A stretch of DNA of 64,000 nt from Waddliaceae bacterium (GTDB taxonomy: Bacteria; Chlamydiota; Chlamydiia; Chlamydiales; Waddliaceae), in the NCBI GenBank assembly GCA_963724325.1, contig CAVRUH010000001.1:416001-480000 (forward strand), given 5' to 3'. The notes below the pieces were generated by a model that saw only the letters and a program-made list of their open reading frames with translations, did not search any database and was not told the origin of the DNA. Position numbers and translations under genes: made by a program. Below are positions 45,705 through 55,857 of this stretch, one piece after another; position 1 is the first letter of the stretch, and each line of letters opens with the position of its first letter.

Positions 45705-47279
45705 TTAAGACAATCCTGAAACTCTTTTAATTTTGCGATTGATTAGCTGTCGAAGTGTTTCGTCGTGACCCCAGATCTCAAGAAGTTTTCGGGCTCGTGT
45801 AGCAGCTGTATAAAGGACCTCGCGACCAAAGACCTCGGAACCCTCAGGAAATAAGGCTAATACCTCATCAAATTCACTCCCTTGACTTTTGTGGACCGAT
45901 AAACAATAGGCAAATTCATATTTGGGCAGCAATATACCCGGAATTTTCCGAACACCCGTCGGTGAATAGAGAAAAAAATGTTCTTCTCCACTCGGTTCCC
46001 GCATTAAAATACCTGTTTCCCCATTAAATAATTGCAGTCGATAATCATTGCTTGTAATCATGACCGGCGCAACAAAGGATGCTCCATATGGAACCTTCGA
46101 ACTAAAATAATTCAAAAATAATGCATTTAACTCATCAACCCCAAAAAAACCGCGACGCATGGGTGAAAGCAAACGAAACTTATTAAAGTGATCAATCAAT
46201 TGTTCAGAAGAATCATTTTTTATATATGGTAAGGGAAAACGTTTTGAAGCATATTCCAAAATAAATTTTTTCAATTTAGACCCAGAAACTTCATTTTGAT
46301 CAATATATTTAAGCCCTGAATCGGAAGTGGACTGATATAATAACTTCAGTGCTGAATCAGCATCACCCTGATTAACTCTTGAGGCAAATTCAAGAATATT
46401 TATAAGATCAGATCGGAGGCACTTTTTCAGTTCTACACAGTTTTCTGCAAGCATATCAGTCATATCTGCAAAAAGAGCTCCAGATTCTACAGGCGGCAAC
46501 TGATGGGGGTCTCCAAGAAAAATCAGGCGCGACCCAGTTTTCACTCTAGAAAAAAGTTGTGACATAATATTCGCATCGATCATGGAACATTCATCGATCA
46601 GGATGAGGTCAGCTTGTAGCTGTGTCAAGGAAGATCCTCGTTTATTACCCAATAGGGAATGAAGTGTCTGAGCAGACAATGGGGGAAAATCTTGGATATT
46701 CTTCAAAGCATTTTGAATGCTTTTTTGCAAGTTAGAAGCCGCTTTTCCGGTAGGAGCGGCAAGAACAATAGAAATTTTTGATCGTTGTTCAGTACTTAGG
46801 CTATTCCAAAGTGTTTTAATCAATAGGCCGGCAGTATATGTTTTGCCAGTTCCAGGTCCACCTGAAATAATAGTAAACGAATTCTTGAGTGACTTTATGA
46901 TGGCAAGTTGCTGTTCCTTTTGGAGGCCATTTTCTTCTGGTAGGTGATCAAGGGTAATCGCTGGTGCATCAGAGAGAATTCTATTTAGATTATTTTTAAA
47001 GAGGCATTCATCAAGCCAATTCTTTTGAAAATAGATGCTATCTCCGTTTTTGCATAGGGGAGTATTTGGGATTATATTTGAACGATTAGTGCAATCGGTG
47101 ATAATTGAAGAAGGAAATTCTGGTGTATGTTCGTCAATTTTAACACAAAGATGACCCTCGCGAGTGGCTTTGGATAAGTTGCATATAAACTGCATGGCCT
47201 GTTCCGATTGGAATCCATTTCGAGTTAATATGCGATCAGCAATGGCAATATCGATGGGCAATATTTCAGTATTCAGCAT
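45705..47279 (-). CDS. recD: Exodeoxyribonuclease V alpha subunit
   Basis: SGGPGTGKT, AAPTGKAA, IDECSM, GDPHQLPPV, FNGETG, SVHKSQGSEF, LYTAATRA. Confidence 0.95.
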   Translation of the reverse strand: MLNTEILPIDIAIADRILTRNGFQSEQAMQFICNLSKATREGHLCVKIDEHTPEFPSSIITDCTNRSNIIPNTPLCKNGDSIYFQKNWLDECLFKNNLNRILSDAPAITLDHLPEENGLQKEQQLAIIKSLKNSFTIISGGPGTGKTYTAGLLIKTLWNSLSTEQRSKISIVLAAPTGKAASNLQKSIQNALKNIQDFPPLSAQTLHSLLGNKRGSSLTQLQADLILIDECSMIDANIMSQLFSRVKTGSRLIFLGDPHQLPPVESGALFADMTDMLAENCVELKKCLRSDLINILEFASRVNQGDADSALKLLYQSTSDSGLKYIDQNEVSGSKLKKFILEYASKRFPLPYIKNDSSEQLIDHFNKFRLLSPMRRGFFGVDELNALFLNYFSSKVPYGASFVAPVMITSNDYRLQLFNGETGILMREPSGEEHFFLYSPTGVRKIPGILLPKYEFAYCLSVHKSQGSEFDEVLALFPEGSEVFGREVLYTAATRARKLLEIWGHDETLRQLINRKIKRVSGLS

Positions 47280-50200
47280 TTAAAAACTCCATACGAGGTG
47301 TTTGAAGTAGAATCAATGCCGCGCAAAAATAGATAATATGTACCCCCGAATATGTCCTTGAAGTCTCTTTTATCCAAAACTTTAAGGTATTTTCTTAAGG
47401 CATCTTCATATAACTGTGCCTGAAAAAAATAATTGTTTTCGTCCATTGCTGCCATTAACCTTTCGTTTGAATAGTATGTACAATCGGGGCCTAAATAATT
47501 GCTTTTCCAATCGATAATATAGTACTTTCCTTTGTGTTCAAATACGAAATCAATGATTCCTTTTAGGAAATTTGATTCGTAAGGATACATAAACTCTGTC
47601 TCTTTAAAACTCCTAGAATGGTCAATCTCTGATAGTGAAAATCCATCTGAGAATCGATATTGGTAAGCATTTAAAATAATATTTGAGATAACAGGTTCCC
47701 ATTCTTGGTATGCTGTTCCTTGAATGCAGGCTTTAACATGACTTTCAATGGATTGTCCCCAACAAAAATTCTCGAGTATTGAATGCAATAGATTACCGGT
47801 GTCACTGCCTGAAGGAAGCGTATGAGGTGTTTTGATCAAATTATTGAAATCACGCGGGGCTTCAAATTCGTAAAATTCCTTTGCATGATGTTTAGATAAC
47901 GATGTGAAAGAATGAATATATTGAGAGGATCCTGGAATAATCATTTTTATAGGGTTATTTAAAACTGGTTCAACATTCGAATCCAATATTTCAAGTTTAA
48001 ATTCGCTGTCATTTATACAACATGTTGTTATGTAAGGCGACAATGTTTCCAAATTCAAATGACCGATTTTTTCTAAGAATAACTGCATAGGAGAAGCAGT
48101 TCCAATATCCATGACTTTTTCTTTTTCAGATACCATTACAGGACAATAAAGACGGAATTTAGCGCGTGTCATGGCCACATATAATTGCCGCATTTTCTCG
48201 GCATCAATCTCCTGACAGTGTTGAATATATTCTGAGTCACCTATATGGGTTATTGGAACCAGCATTCTCTTCTGATTGCGAACGAGCGGAATAAGCAGAT
48301 CGGGAGCACGAGTATTTTTTATCAATCCAAGAGTGAACACTACCCCGAATTCCAATCCTTTGCTTGAGTGAATGGTGATGATGTTTACTGCATCTTGGGA
48401 GTTATCTAGAGGTCTTTTCATCCTTTCGTCTTCGTCTTGTGCTAGGACTTTAAAATCATCCAAAAATTTTAATAAACCAGAGGGGGAAAGGGTGTTTTGA
48501 GTTTGCTCATCCAATAGAACCTCTACTATGGCAATCAGGTCTTGATAAAATTCAAGACCGCTTTGCTGAAGAAGCAATTCTTCTCTAACTGTTTTTAGAG
48601 ATTCATCCCAGGAAAGCCCCATAAAATATTCAAAAAATGGGTAGAATCCTTCCTTAAATAACTTTGTGCGCATTGTATAGAATCGAGTTAGGACTTCCTG
48701 CAGCAGTTCCAATTGATCTAACTTTTTGACTTTATCATCCGTCCAACCAATCATTCGACCGCCCAAAGCGGTTTTAAGTGAACTCTCATGATTTGGCGCA
48801 AGAACAGCCTTTAATAGATCCCTGAAAGTAGATAATGCTTCGGACTCGGCTAAGCTAGAACTTCGTTGAGTCATGCAAGGAATGTTCCATTCTCGCAAGA
48901 ATTCACTGACTCTCTGGGCTTGATACCTATCACTTACAAGGATGGAAAACTCTTTGAAGGATATTCCATCAACCCCGTTTAATTTTTGAATTTCATGAGT
49001 GATAAAGGGAAGAAACAGCGATTCTTCGTTTGCCATGCAAAAATGTACTGATCCGAACTGATCAGAAAATGTTTTCTCTTTGGCTTCAAGAGGACATTTT
49101 ACTTCTTGAAAGGGAAGTGATTTCTCTATTTTAGGTAAATTGATAAAACCTGGACAATTATTACTGTTAAAAAGGGCATTCAGCGCCATAATCAAACTTG
49201 ACTGCGACCTAAAATTTGTGTCGAGCGTTGAATGATTATCTTCTCCAATTGCATTTCCTGCATCTATGTAAGTGTAAATATCGGCTTGTCGAAATGCATA
49301 AATGGACTGCTTTGGGTCTCCTACGAGATACAAATTCCCCCAGTTTTTATCTGAAGATAAAAACAATCGATTAAATATTTCCCATTGTACGGGATCTGTA
49401 TCCTGGAATTCATCAACAATCGCCGCTTTGAACTTTTCTCTTACTGCATTTGCAAAATTGGAATTCCCAATGGCGGCACGTGCTGCCTCTAGCAATTCGT
49501 CAAAACCAAGCTTCTCCTCCTCAAGCAAATGTTTTTTTAGTAGTTTCCTACAACCAAATGCCATGCGAGCAAACACAATCTGGACAGAGACACAATCTAA
49601 CAAAGCATCCATCAGGAGGTTTCTCATTTCAGGAAAATGCAAACCCGATTCAGGAAATTTTGCCTTTGCTTGCTTATTATTTGGATCGTATAATTTGACC
49701 ATATACAGTTGATCTTCAATAACTTGTTCAAAATCGTCAGCATCCCATGAATTTTTATCAAATAAAGTTGCGAAGGACTCAACTTTTTTAATGACTTCGG
49801 GTTTAATTTGCTTTTTGACATTGCAAATTTGCTTATAGCATGAGGAAAGTTTCATGAAATCTTCAAGTATATAGTCCTTGGAAAACCCATAAATTTCTTT
49901 GAGATTCTTCATGGAACACTTAAATTTTTCTAACTGCTGATGGTACGAAAGCTGTTCTTCGATATCCATTCCCTTTGTCACAGTATTTAGGATGGCATTT
50001 TCTAAATCGATCATTGAATTTCCATGATCCTCCAATAACAAATTCAACTGAGCCTTGCTATATGCATTATTCCTAACTTCTGTCCTAAAATAGTCTCGAA
50101 TGATCGTCAAAAGATAGGTGCGAGGAAGAGGGTTGTCTCCAGAAACAGATTCCATCGAATAATTTCCTTCTAGAACATAGTCTCGCAGCATTCTATAACA

Positions 50201-50590
50201 AAACTGGTGTATGGTGTAAATGTGAGACTGATCATATGTCAATAGCGCCATCTTTAAGCGTCGTTCTGCTATTTCTCCTTCACCATTCTCAATAAGTGCT
50301 TTTACAAAATCAATGGATGTCGATTTTGTTCTCAATGCTTGCAATATTTTTTCGATATTTGAACGGATGCGCGATCTCAAATCGCGTGTTGCAGCTTTTG
50401 TGAAAGTCACTACAAGAATGTCTTCTAAGTTGATTGGATTTTCGCAGATCAATAGTCTTACAACAATATTTTCAATGGAAAATGTTTTTCCAGTGCCTGC
50501 AGAGGCTTCCAGAAGGTAATTTTTTCTCAATTGGAGATTTCTATCGAGCACATCAAAGCTATTGATACCAGTTTTCATAGAGCTCCCCAT
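47273..50590 (-). CDS. recB: Exodeoxyribonuclease V beta subunit
   Basis: EASAGTGKT, VVTFTKAAT, VDEFQDTD, VGDPKQSIYAFR, TIHSSKGLEF, C-terminal GIID...IIDWKS nuclease. Confidence 0.95.
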   Translation of the reverse strand: MGSSMKTGINSFDVLDRNLQLRKNYLLEASAGTGKTFSIENIVVRLLICENPINLEDILVVTFTKAATRDLRSRIRSNIEKILQALRTKSTSIDFVKALIENGEGEIAERRLKMALLTYDQSHIYTIHQFCYRMLRDYVLEGNYSMESVSGDNPLPRTYLLTIIRDYFRTEVRNNAYSKAQLNLLLEDHGNSMIDLENAILNTVTKGMDIEEQLSYHQQLEKFKCSMKNLKEIYGFSKDYILEDFMKLSSCYKQICNVKKQIKPEVIKKVESFATLFDKNSWDADDFEQVIEDQLYMVKLYDPNNKQAKAKFPESGLHFPEMRNLLMDALLDCVSVQIVFARMAFGCRKLLKKHLLEEEKLGFDELLEAARAAIGNSNFANAVREKFKAAIVDEFQDTDPVQWEIFNRLFLSSDKNWGNLYLVGDPKQSIYAFRQADIYTYIDAGNAIGEDNHSTLDTNFRSQSSLIMALNALFNSNNCPGFINLPKIEKSLPFQEVKCPLEAKEKTFSDQFGSVHFCMANEESLFLPFITHEIQKLNGVDGISFKEFSILVSDRYQAQRVSEFLREWNIPCMTQRSSSLAESEALSTFRDLLKAVLAPNHESSLKTALGGRMIGWTDDKVKKLDQLELLQEVLTRFYTMRTKLFKEGFYPFFEYFMGLSWDESLKTVREELLLQQSGLEFYQDLIAIVEVLLDEQTQNTLSPSGLLKFLDDFKVLAQDEDERMKRPLDNSQDAVNIITIHSSKGLEFGVVFTLGLIKNTRAPDLLIPLVRNQKRMLVPITHIGDSEYIQHCQEIDAEKMRQLYVAMTRAKFRLYCPVMVSEKEKVMDIGTASPMQLFLEKIGHLNLETLSPYITTCCINDSEFKLEILDSNVEPVLNNPIKMIIPGSSQYIHSFTSLSKHHAKEFYEFEAPRDFNNLIKTPHTLPSGSDTGNLLHSILENFCWGQSIESHVKACIQGTAYQEWEPVISNIILNAYQYRFSDGFSLSEIDHSRSFKETEFMYPYESNFLKGIIDFVFEHKGKYYIIDWKSNYLGPDCTYYSNERLMAAMDENNYFFQAQLYEDALRKYLKVLDKRDFKDIFGGTYYLFLRGIDSTSNTSYGVFKC

Positions 50591-53500
50591 ATACGTTCAA
50601 TGCAATCGATTTCCAATTCTCATATATTTCAGATCCAGATTTCCCTTCTGATCCTTTCATCATCCATCGGATATAATCATTGTAAAAATATTTAGACTGA
50701 TCAGATAAATTGCTTTTGACTTTCTTTTCAAAAGAACTTATGTCAGACTTAACGATCTCCGGAACCCATTCTGGTATCAATGGAGAGACCGATTCCAGTG
50801 CTATAAAATAGTAATCAAGATATTTTGCTAGAAGTGATTCAAAGTCATTAAAAAAAGGATCGCGGGCAACTCCTGTTTTCGCAAAAATGAGTTTTCTTCC
50901 TAATTTAAGACCATATTTTTCACACAATCCATTATAAACCAAATATTGCGGCCATACCTTAGTGACATCTCCTTTTTCATCTTTAATATATCCCAAAAAT
51001 CCTTCTGGGTATACATCAGATAACTTTCCGACAACTTTTATCTTGCAATTCTTTTTATAGTTTATTTCAAGCGGAGGAAGATTCCAACTTCCATCATCTT
51101 TCTGGAATGGTTGTTGGTGCAATTCTGAAAATTCAATTTCAATAACTTTATCTTTATTTACTCCTGCCTGTAATAAATTCTCGTATAATTCATGCACTTC
51201 CTTTTCAATTTTTCCAATGGCGAGCTCCTTAAATGCCCCCAAAGGCAACTTTCCCTCTTTTTCTGCAATTTGAATGATTTGTGCAAACGGTGTTTTTAAA
51301 GAAGCTTTTTTTAAGGCGGCACCTTGAAGATTTTGAAGAACAAAATCTTCTTCCGATTTAATTTTCTTATCTTCTTCCTTTTCTAAATATATGCCTAAAG
51401 TCCTGTTAAAATAGGCCTCAACAGGATTTCTGGCCATTGCTATCAAATTTCTTAAATCAATTGTGCGATTTTCATTAACTTCTTTTCGAGTTCCTAGTTT
51501 AAATTGTGGAACAAATTGATGCCTTTTCTTTCTGATTTTTCCATAATAGGCACATGCCGCTAGATAACTTTCTTGTGAAAAATTTGGCAATGTTCCATCA
51601 AAATATTTACTATCAAATTCCTTAAAAGGATGCTTTATCATGCATTTCTTTGAAGGTTTTTCGCCATCCAAAATATATGCTGCATCCAGATAATTCATAA
51701 GTTCAGCTATTAGCAATGATGGTGATTGATCTTTATCATTTCCAGTATAGCTGACGATTAGTTTTCGCCTTGCTGACATTAATATTTCTAAAAATAAATA
51801 ACGATCGAAATTAGTTTGTGTGGGACAATAATCGGCATCAATTTCATTTGCGAGGCAATTCAACGACTGAACTTGATCCTGTCTGGGAAACGCTCCCTCT
51901 TCCATTCCTAATAATACGATGACCTGAGCGGGGAGTGCTCGCATGGGCAGCAAGGAACAGAACCGAATGGCCTGAAGATGCGGTTCTCGATAACACACTC
52001 GTTGTCTATTTAATATCGATTCCAAATGAAATTTAATAGATGTAAATGAATACAAATTATTGTTTCTAGATAGCTTTCCAAACGATTTTATCGCCTCAAG
52101 TATCTGTTCTTTGCTCTCTTCTTCGGTTGAATTTTCGCTCGTAAAATAGGTGTCTAATAGTTTTGACAATGCATTTGTCCATTCCTGCAGTGTGTGTCTC
52201 GAACCATCCGTAAGTTCTTGAAGATCATGTTTTAGTGATTTCAGTACTTGCATCCACCTTCCCAATAATTCGCCCTGTGTTAAATCAACAGCTTCTACGG
52301 GAACAACATCCATGCTTGCATTTACTTCCTCAGAGTCAGTTTCACGCATGATCCATCCATACAAAAGTCTGTCTAAACCATGCTCCCAGGTACCTATTGC
52401 GGTTTCCTCTACCATTCCCATATCGCAGTGATTTCTTTGAAGTAATTCTTCGCGATGCACTCGATCTCCTCCCCATCGAACTCCAGCCTCACGCACCCAT
52501 CCCTTAATGCGATGCGCATCATCCGCACTAAATCCACACTTCTTCTTAAATGATCCATATTCCAGCAATTGCAATATCGAAATAACGTCCCATCTGGAAA
52601 ATGGAAGTGAAATCATATGCATAAATCCTTGTATCAAAGGATGTTGTGTTAAAAGATGCAAATCCATGATCTGAAAATCGACTTTCTCATTGAACACTGC
52701 CCGTATATAAGGCTCGTAAATTGAAATGTCTGGCGCCATCACAATAATATCACCAGGGCAAACCGACTCAATATCCATCACATTCATCAATGTATTATAA
52801 AGAATTTGCACTTCTCTCATTTTCGAACTTGCAACATGTACCTGTATTGATTGATCCTCAGTAAATGAGAGTTTTTCCTGTTCAAAAGGATTCCGTAACA
52901 TCAATAGGTCAGCCTGAACGGCTTCTAGCATACTTAAGGATGTCTTTTTTTCTATTAATTCAACATTTTCATACAAATAATCATGATATTGTGAAAAACT
53001 CTGTACTCCCGAGGAGACCTGATAATCCTCATTAGTTTCTACATTGCCCTCTTCCAGAAGTTCGGCCATTTCCCGACCCATCCTGCCGAAATTTGCCAAA
53101 AGGGCATTTCTATCAAATAGTAATTCATCCAAAGCCTTCAGTTGCCCTTCACTGACCCCCTGTTTTCCCCAATATTTTGCCAACCGCCTACTTTCCCGGT
53201 CACCCAAAACGTCCGTCCAAAACGCCTGGCATGGCGACAGCATAAAATAATTTACAGGATTTACTTCTGAATATTTTTTTAGAAACTCATGATGCTTTCT
53301 AGGAATAAAACTGATTGAAAAAAGGGATACCTGCACATCTTTTTTTTGTATTGCAGCTTGATTTGTAGTTCGAGAGATGACTTTTCTCCACAGTTCCCCT
53401 TGCCAGCCTCCAATACCCTGTTTTTTCCATCTTCCAAGCATCCCCTCGCCAAATGTTTCATATCTATCAAACAACGATGCCAACTTTTGCGAAAGGGTGA

Positions 53501-53882
53501 CCATCCGTCGTTCACCTTTTCTTGTTAATTTTTCATGAGCGCCCAAATAATTTAACAAAGGATCCCAAATTTCATCCCGATGTTCACTTTCGATGATTCC
53601 GTGCATTTCAGCTTCGATAAGGAGTGCAATTTCGAGGGGGGAAGGCTTTTTAGCCTGTTCGCTTAATTCTTCGATAGCTGCATCCAAATAAGCAAATCGC
53701 AACCCAGCAGCAATGCCTATATTTTCTTCTTTGGCTAACTGCAGCATTACCCATGATTTCATGGCTGGACTCGGAACTATGACTAATCTCTGAGTAAACG
53801 GTGTCGTTTCCGAAGAAAATAGCTCATTCTTCATCCTCTCAAACAAGAGTTCAACTTTATTGCTGAAATTAATCCTTAACAT
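50559..53882 (-). CDS. recC: Exodeoxyribonuclease V gamma subunit
   Basis: SNKVELL, IVPSPAMKSW, REVQIL, DIIVMAPDI, LLPMRALP, DRYLFLE, first gene of the recCBD operon. Confidence 0.93.
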   Translation of the reverse strand: MLRINFSNKVELLFERMKNELFSSETTPFTQRLVIVPSPAMKSWVMLQLAKEENIGIAAGLRFAYLDAAIEELSEQAKKPSPLEIALLIEAEMHGIIESEHRDEIWDPLLNYLGAHEKLTRKGERRMVTLSQKLASLFDRYETFGEGMLGRWKKQGIGGWQGELWRKVISRTTNQAAIQKKDVQVSLFSISFIPRKHHEFLKKYSEVNPVNYFMLSPCQAFWTDVLGDRESRRLAKYWGKQGVSEGQLKALDELLFDRNALLANFGRMGREMAELLEEGNVETNEDYQVSSGVQSFSQYHDYLYENVELIEKKTSLSMLEAVQADLLMLRNPFEQEKLSFTEDQSIQVHVASSKMREVQILYNTLMNVMDIESVCPGDIIVMAPDISIYEPYIRAVFNEKVDFQIMDLHLLTQHPLIQGFMHMISLPFSRWDVISILQLLEYGSFKKKCGFSADDAHRIKGWVREAGVRWGGDRVHREELLQRNHCDMGMVEETAIGTWEHGLDRLLYGWIMRETDSEEVNASMDVVPVEAVDLTQGELLGRWMQVLKSLKHDLQELTDGSRHTLQEWTNALSKLLDTYFTSENSTEEESKEQILEAIKSFGKLSRNNNLYSFTSIKFHLESILNRQRVCYREPHLQAIRFCSLLPMRALPAQVIVLLGMEEGAFPRQDQVQSLNCLANEIDADYCPTQTNFDRYLFLEILMSARRKLIVSYTGNDKDQSPSLLIAELMNYLDAAYILDGEKPSKKCMIKHPFKEFDSKYFDGTLPNFSQESYLAACAYYGKIRKKRHQFVPQFKLGTRKEVNENRTIDLRNLIAMARNPVEAYFNRTLGIYLEKEEDKKIKSEEDFVLQNLQGAALKKASLKTPFAQIIQIAEKEGKLPLGAFKELAIGKIEKEVHELYENLLQAGVNKDKVIEIEFSELHQQPFQKDDGSWNLPPLEINYKKNCKIKVVGKLSDVYPEGFLGYIKDEKGDVTKVWPQYLVYNGLCEKYGLKLGRKLIFAKTGVARDPFFNDFESLLAKYLDYYFIALESVSPLIPEWVPEIVKSDISSFEKKVKSNLSDQSKYFYNDYIRWMMKGSEGKSGSEIYENWKSIALNVYGELYENWYQ

Positions 53883-53996
53883 TTTTTGCCCTGCAATAAA
53901 CCTGGATTATAACTGGGGAAAACTAAATTTGCTAGTCAATAAAATATAGCCATGCCATGTCGCGCGGCGTGGTAGATTAGAAGGGATAAACTCATC

Positions 53997-54026
53997 TTGA
54001 CAAAAAAATGTTTATTATGGTAAAAT
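53997..54026 (+). promoter_or_regulatory. Sigma70-type promoter
   Basis: TTGACA -18 nt- TAAAAT with TG extension. Confidence 0.55.
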
Positions 54027-54032
54027 TTTTGT

Positions 54033-54713
54033 ATGATAATAAATAATAGTCAATTCAAAGTAATAAAAGATGCGAATAAGAAAACTTATACGGATCTAAA
54101 ATTATTTAAAGAGCAAATCGAAATTCACACGGTAAATCATAGGCCATTTAGCATGCATAAAAGCAAAATAAATACCTATCGCCTTGTATTTCTTGGGCTT
54201 GCAGCTCTGTATGTCACCTTCGCTATCGTCTTTTTTTACTTCCTTTCTCCTTATATGACTAATTTCATCCTTGGTTCCTATAGCTTTATCCTTAAAAACG
54301 TCATTTGTGCGGCTTGTATATTTGCATCGCTCTTGTCTATAGGCTTATCCTATTGCCTAAGTGCCGAGAAGGAGGCAACTTACTATATTTACAAAAAAAC
54401 TAAGGCCCAACTGAAAAGACTTTATCAACGAAATATTTCAAAAACAGGCTTTAAACGATTCTTCACCTGCGGTGAAAAACGTGAATATCTAAATAATTTC
54501 AACCAAGCCTACCATGAAACTCTCGATAAAGTCTATCATTTTAAAGATGAAACTATCCATATAATCGAACGAATCCTCTCTTCAGATGGCCTCGATCGTT
54601 CCAAGAAAGAGCATCTGCTCAATCAAGCTCTTCTCGAAATGCACGATAAAATGAACGAAGCTCTCTATCGTTTTAAAACATCAGATTCGATTAGACTACT
54701 AAATTCTTTCTAA
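54033..54713 (+). CDS. Hypothetical membrane protein (2 TM)
   Basis: 226 aa, two hydrophobic helices followed by a basic helical domain. Confidence 0.75.
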   Translation: MIINNSQFKVIKDANKKTYTDLKLFKEQIEIHTVNHRPFSMHKSKINTYRLVFLGLAALYVTFAIVFFYFLSPYMTNFILGSYSFILKNVICAACIFASLLSIGLSYCLSAEKEATYYIYKKTKAQLKRLYQRNISKTGFKRFFTCGEKREYLNNFNQAYHETLDKVYHFKDETIHIIERILSSDGLDRSKKEHLLNQALLEMHDKMNEALYRFKTSDSIRLLNSF

Positions 54714-54714
54714 T

Positions 54715-54743
54715 TTGACAATTAATTAAAAAAATAATATAAT
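54715..54743 (+). promoter_or_regulatory. Consensus sigma70 (sigma66) promoter
   Basis: Perfect TTGACA -17 nt- TATAAT. Confidence 0.75.
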
Positions 54744-54778
54744 TACGTTATATAGTTAGTAAATTATTTGGGGTGATT

Positions 54779-55795
54779 ATGTCAACAATCGGTCCACAAA
54801 ATACAGAAAGAAATTCACCAGTTAACCATGAAGCACCCGTAGAGAAAACGGTTGCCCCAAAAAAAGAAAATCCAGTTCAGAAACTCTGGAATAATATCCG
54901 ATTCAATCTTCCCCTTGAAAATATTGGCATTATCGCAAAGGGAGGCGTCCAATTGCTAAAGACTGGCGCACAAAAAATTCAGTGTAAGGCAACCCAAATG
55001 ACCCAGGCATTCAAAAATTCAACGGTGTACACATTTACAAAAAACAAATTTGACCACATGCGCAGTAAGAAAATTGATCGGGAAATAAAAGCAACAATTC
55101 AAGAAAGTAAAGCAGAAGGTAAAGTTACTGGTTTAGTCGAACGGACGAAGCTCGGTGGAGGGAACAGAGATTCTGTAGTAATGGGTGTCGCACACAAGGT
55201 AACTGGTCTTATTAAGAAGGAACCAGAGTCTAGAACCAGTAGATCTTACACTAAAAATGATCGCGAATATCCTGTAAATGTGCCTCCTTCAAATTATAAA
55301 AAGGAATATGCGGAAGCGATGAAGATTCATAACAAAAATATTAGTACTGATGTTGAAGAGAAGACGCTCGATTCCAAAGCAGGGCTCGCCGCCCTTTCAA
55401 AATTCATTGGTGAGGCTAGTGCAGGTAATGATTATAAGATTCACAAGAAGGGAGATGATGATCCAATACTTATATTGAAGCAAAATAAAAAGCCAGACGA
55501 ACGTGTCGGGACAAGTGCTAATGCCAAAAGGGCAGTTGAAACTGTTCTCGATATGATACATAAAGAACAGCAAAAATTGGAATTAGCCCTGGCCGGAAAC
55601 CCTAACATCTTAAAAGATAAAAATTCGCTGGAGTACAAAAATTTCGAAACCATTTCAGAGCTCTTAAATAAACTTAATGAATGGGATTGGTTTGACAAAG
55701 CGTTAGACAATAAAACTGTAGATGAAAAAGAAGTATTAATGACATTGTTTAACGATAGAACAGAGTTGCAAATGTCACTTTTAGAAAGATCATAA
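54779..55795 (+). CDS. Hypothetical protein, possible secreted effector
   Basis: ~338 aa with an S/T/P/N-rich unstructured N-terminus. Confidence 0.65.
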   Translation: MSTIGPQNTERNSPVNHEAPVEKTVAPKKENPVQKLWNNIRFNLPLENIGIIAKGGVQLLKTGAQKIQCKATQMTQAFKNSTVYTFTKNKFDHMRSKKIDREIKATIQESKAEGKVTGLVERTKLGGGNRDSVVMGVAHKVTGLIKKEPESRTSRSYTKNDREYPVNVPPSNYKKEYAEAMKIHNKNISTDVEEKTLDSKAGLAALSKFIGEASAGNDYKIHKKGDDDPILILKQNKKPDERVGTSANAKRAVETVLDMIHKEQQKLELALAGNPNILKDKNSLEYKNFETISELLNKLNEWDWFDKALDNKTVDEKEVLMTLFNDRTELQMSLLERS

Positions 55796-55857
55796 ATGAT
55801 GTCCTTTGGTATAAATACATCTTGCTTTCGATTTGCTAATCCATTAAAATTGTGAAT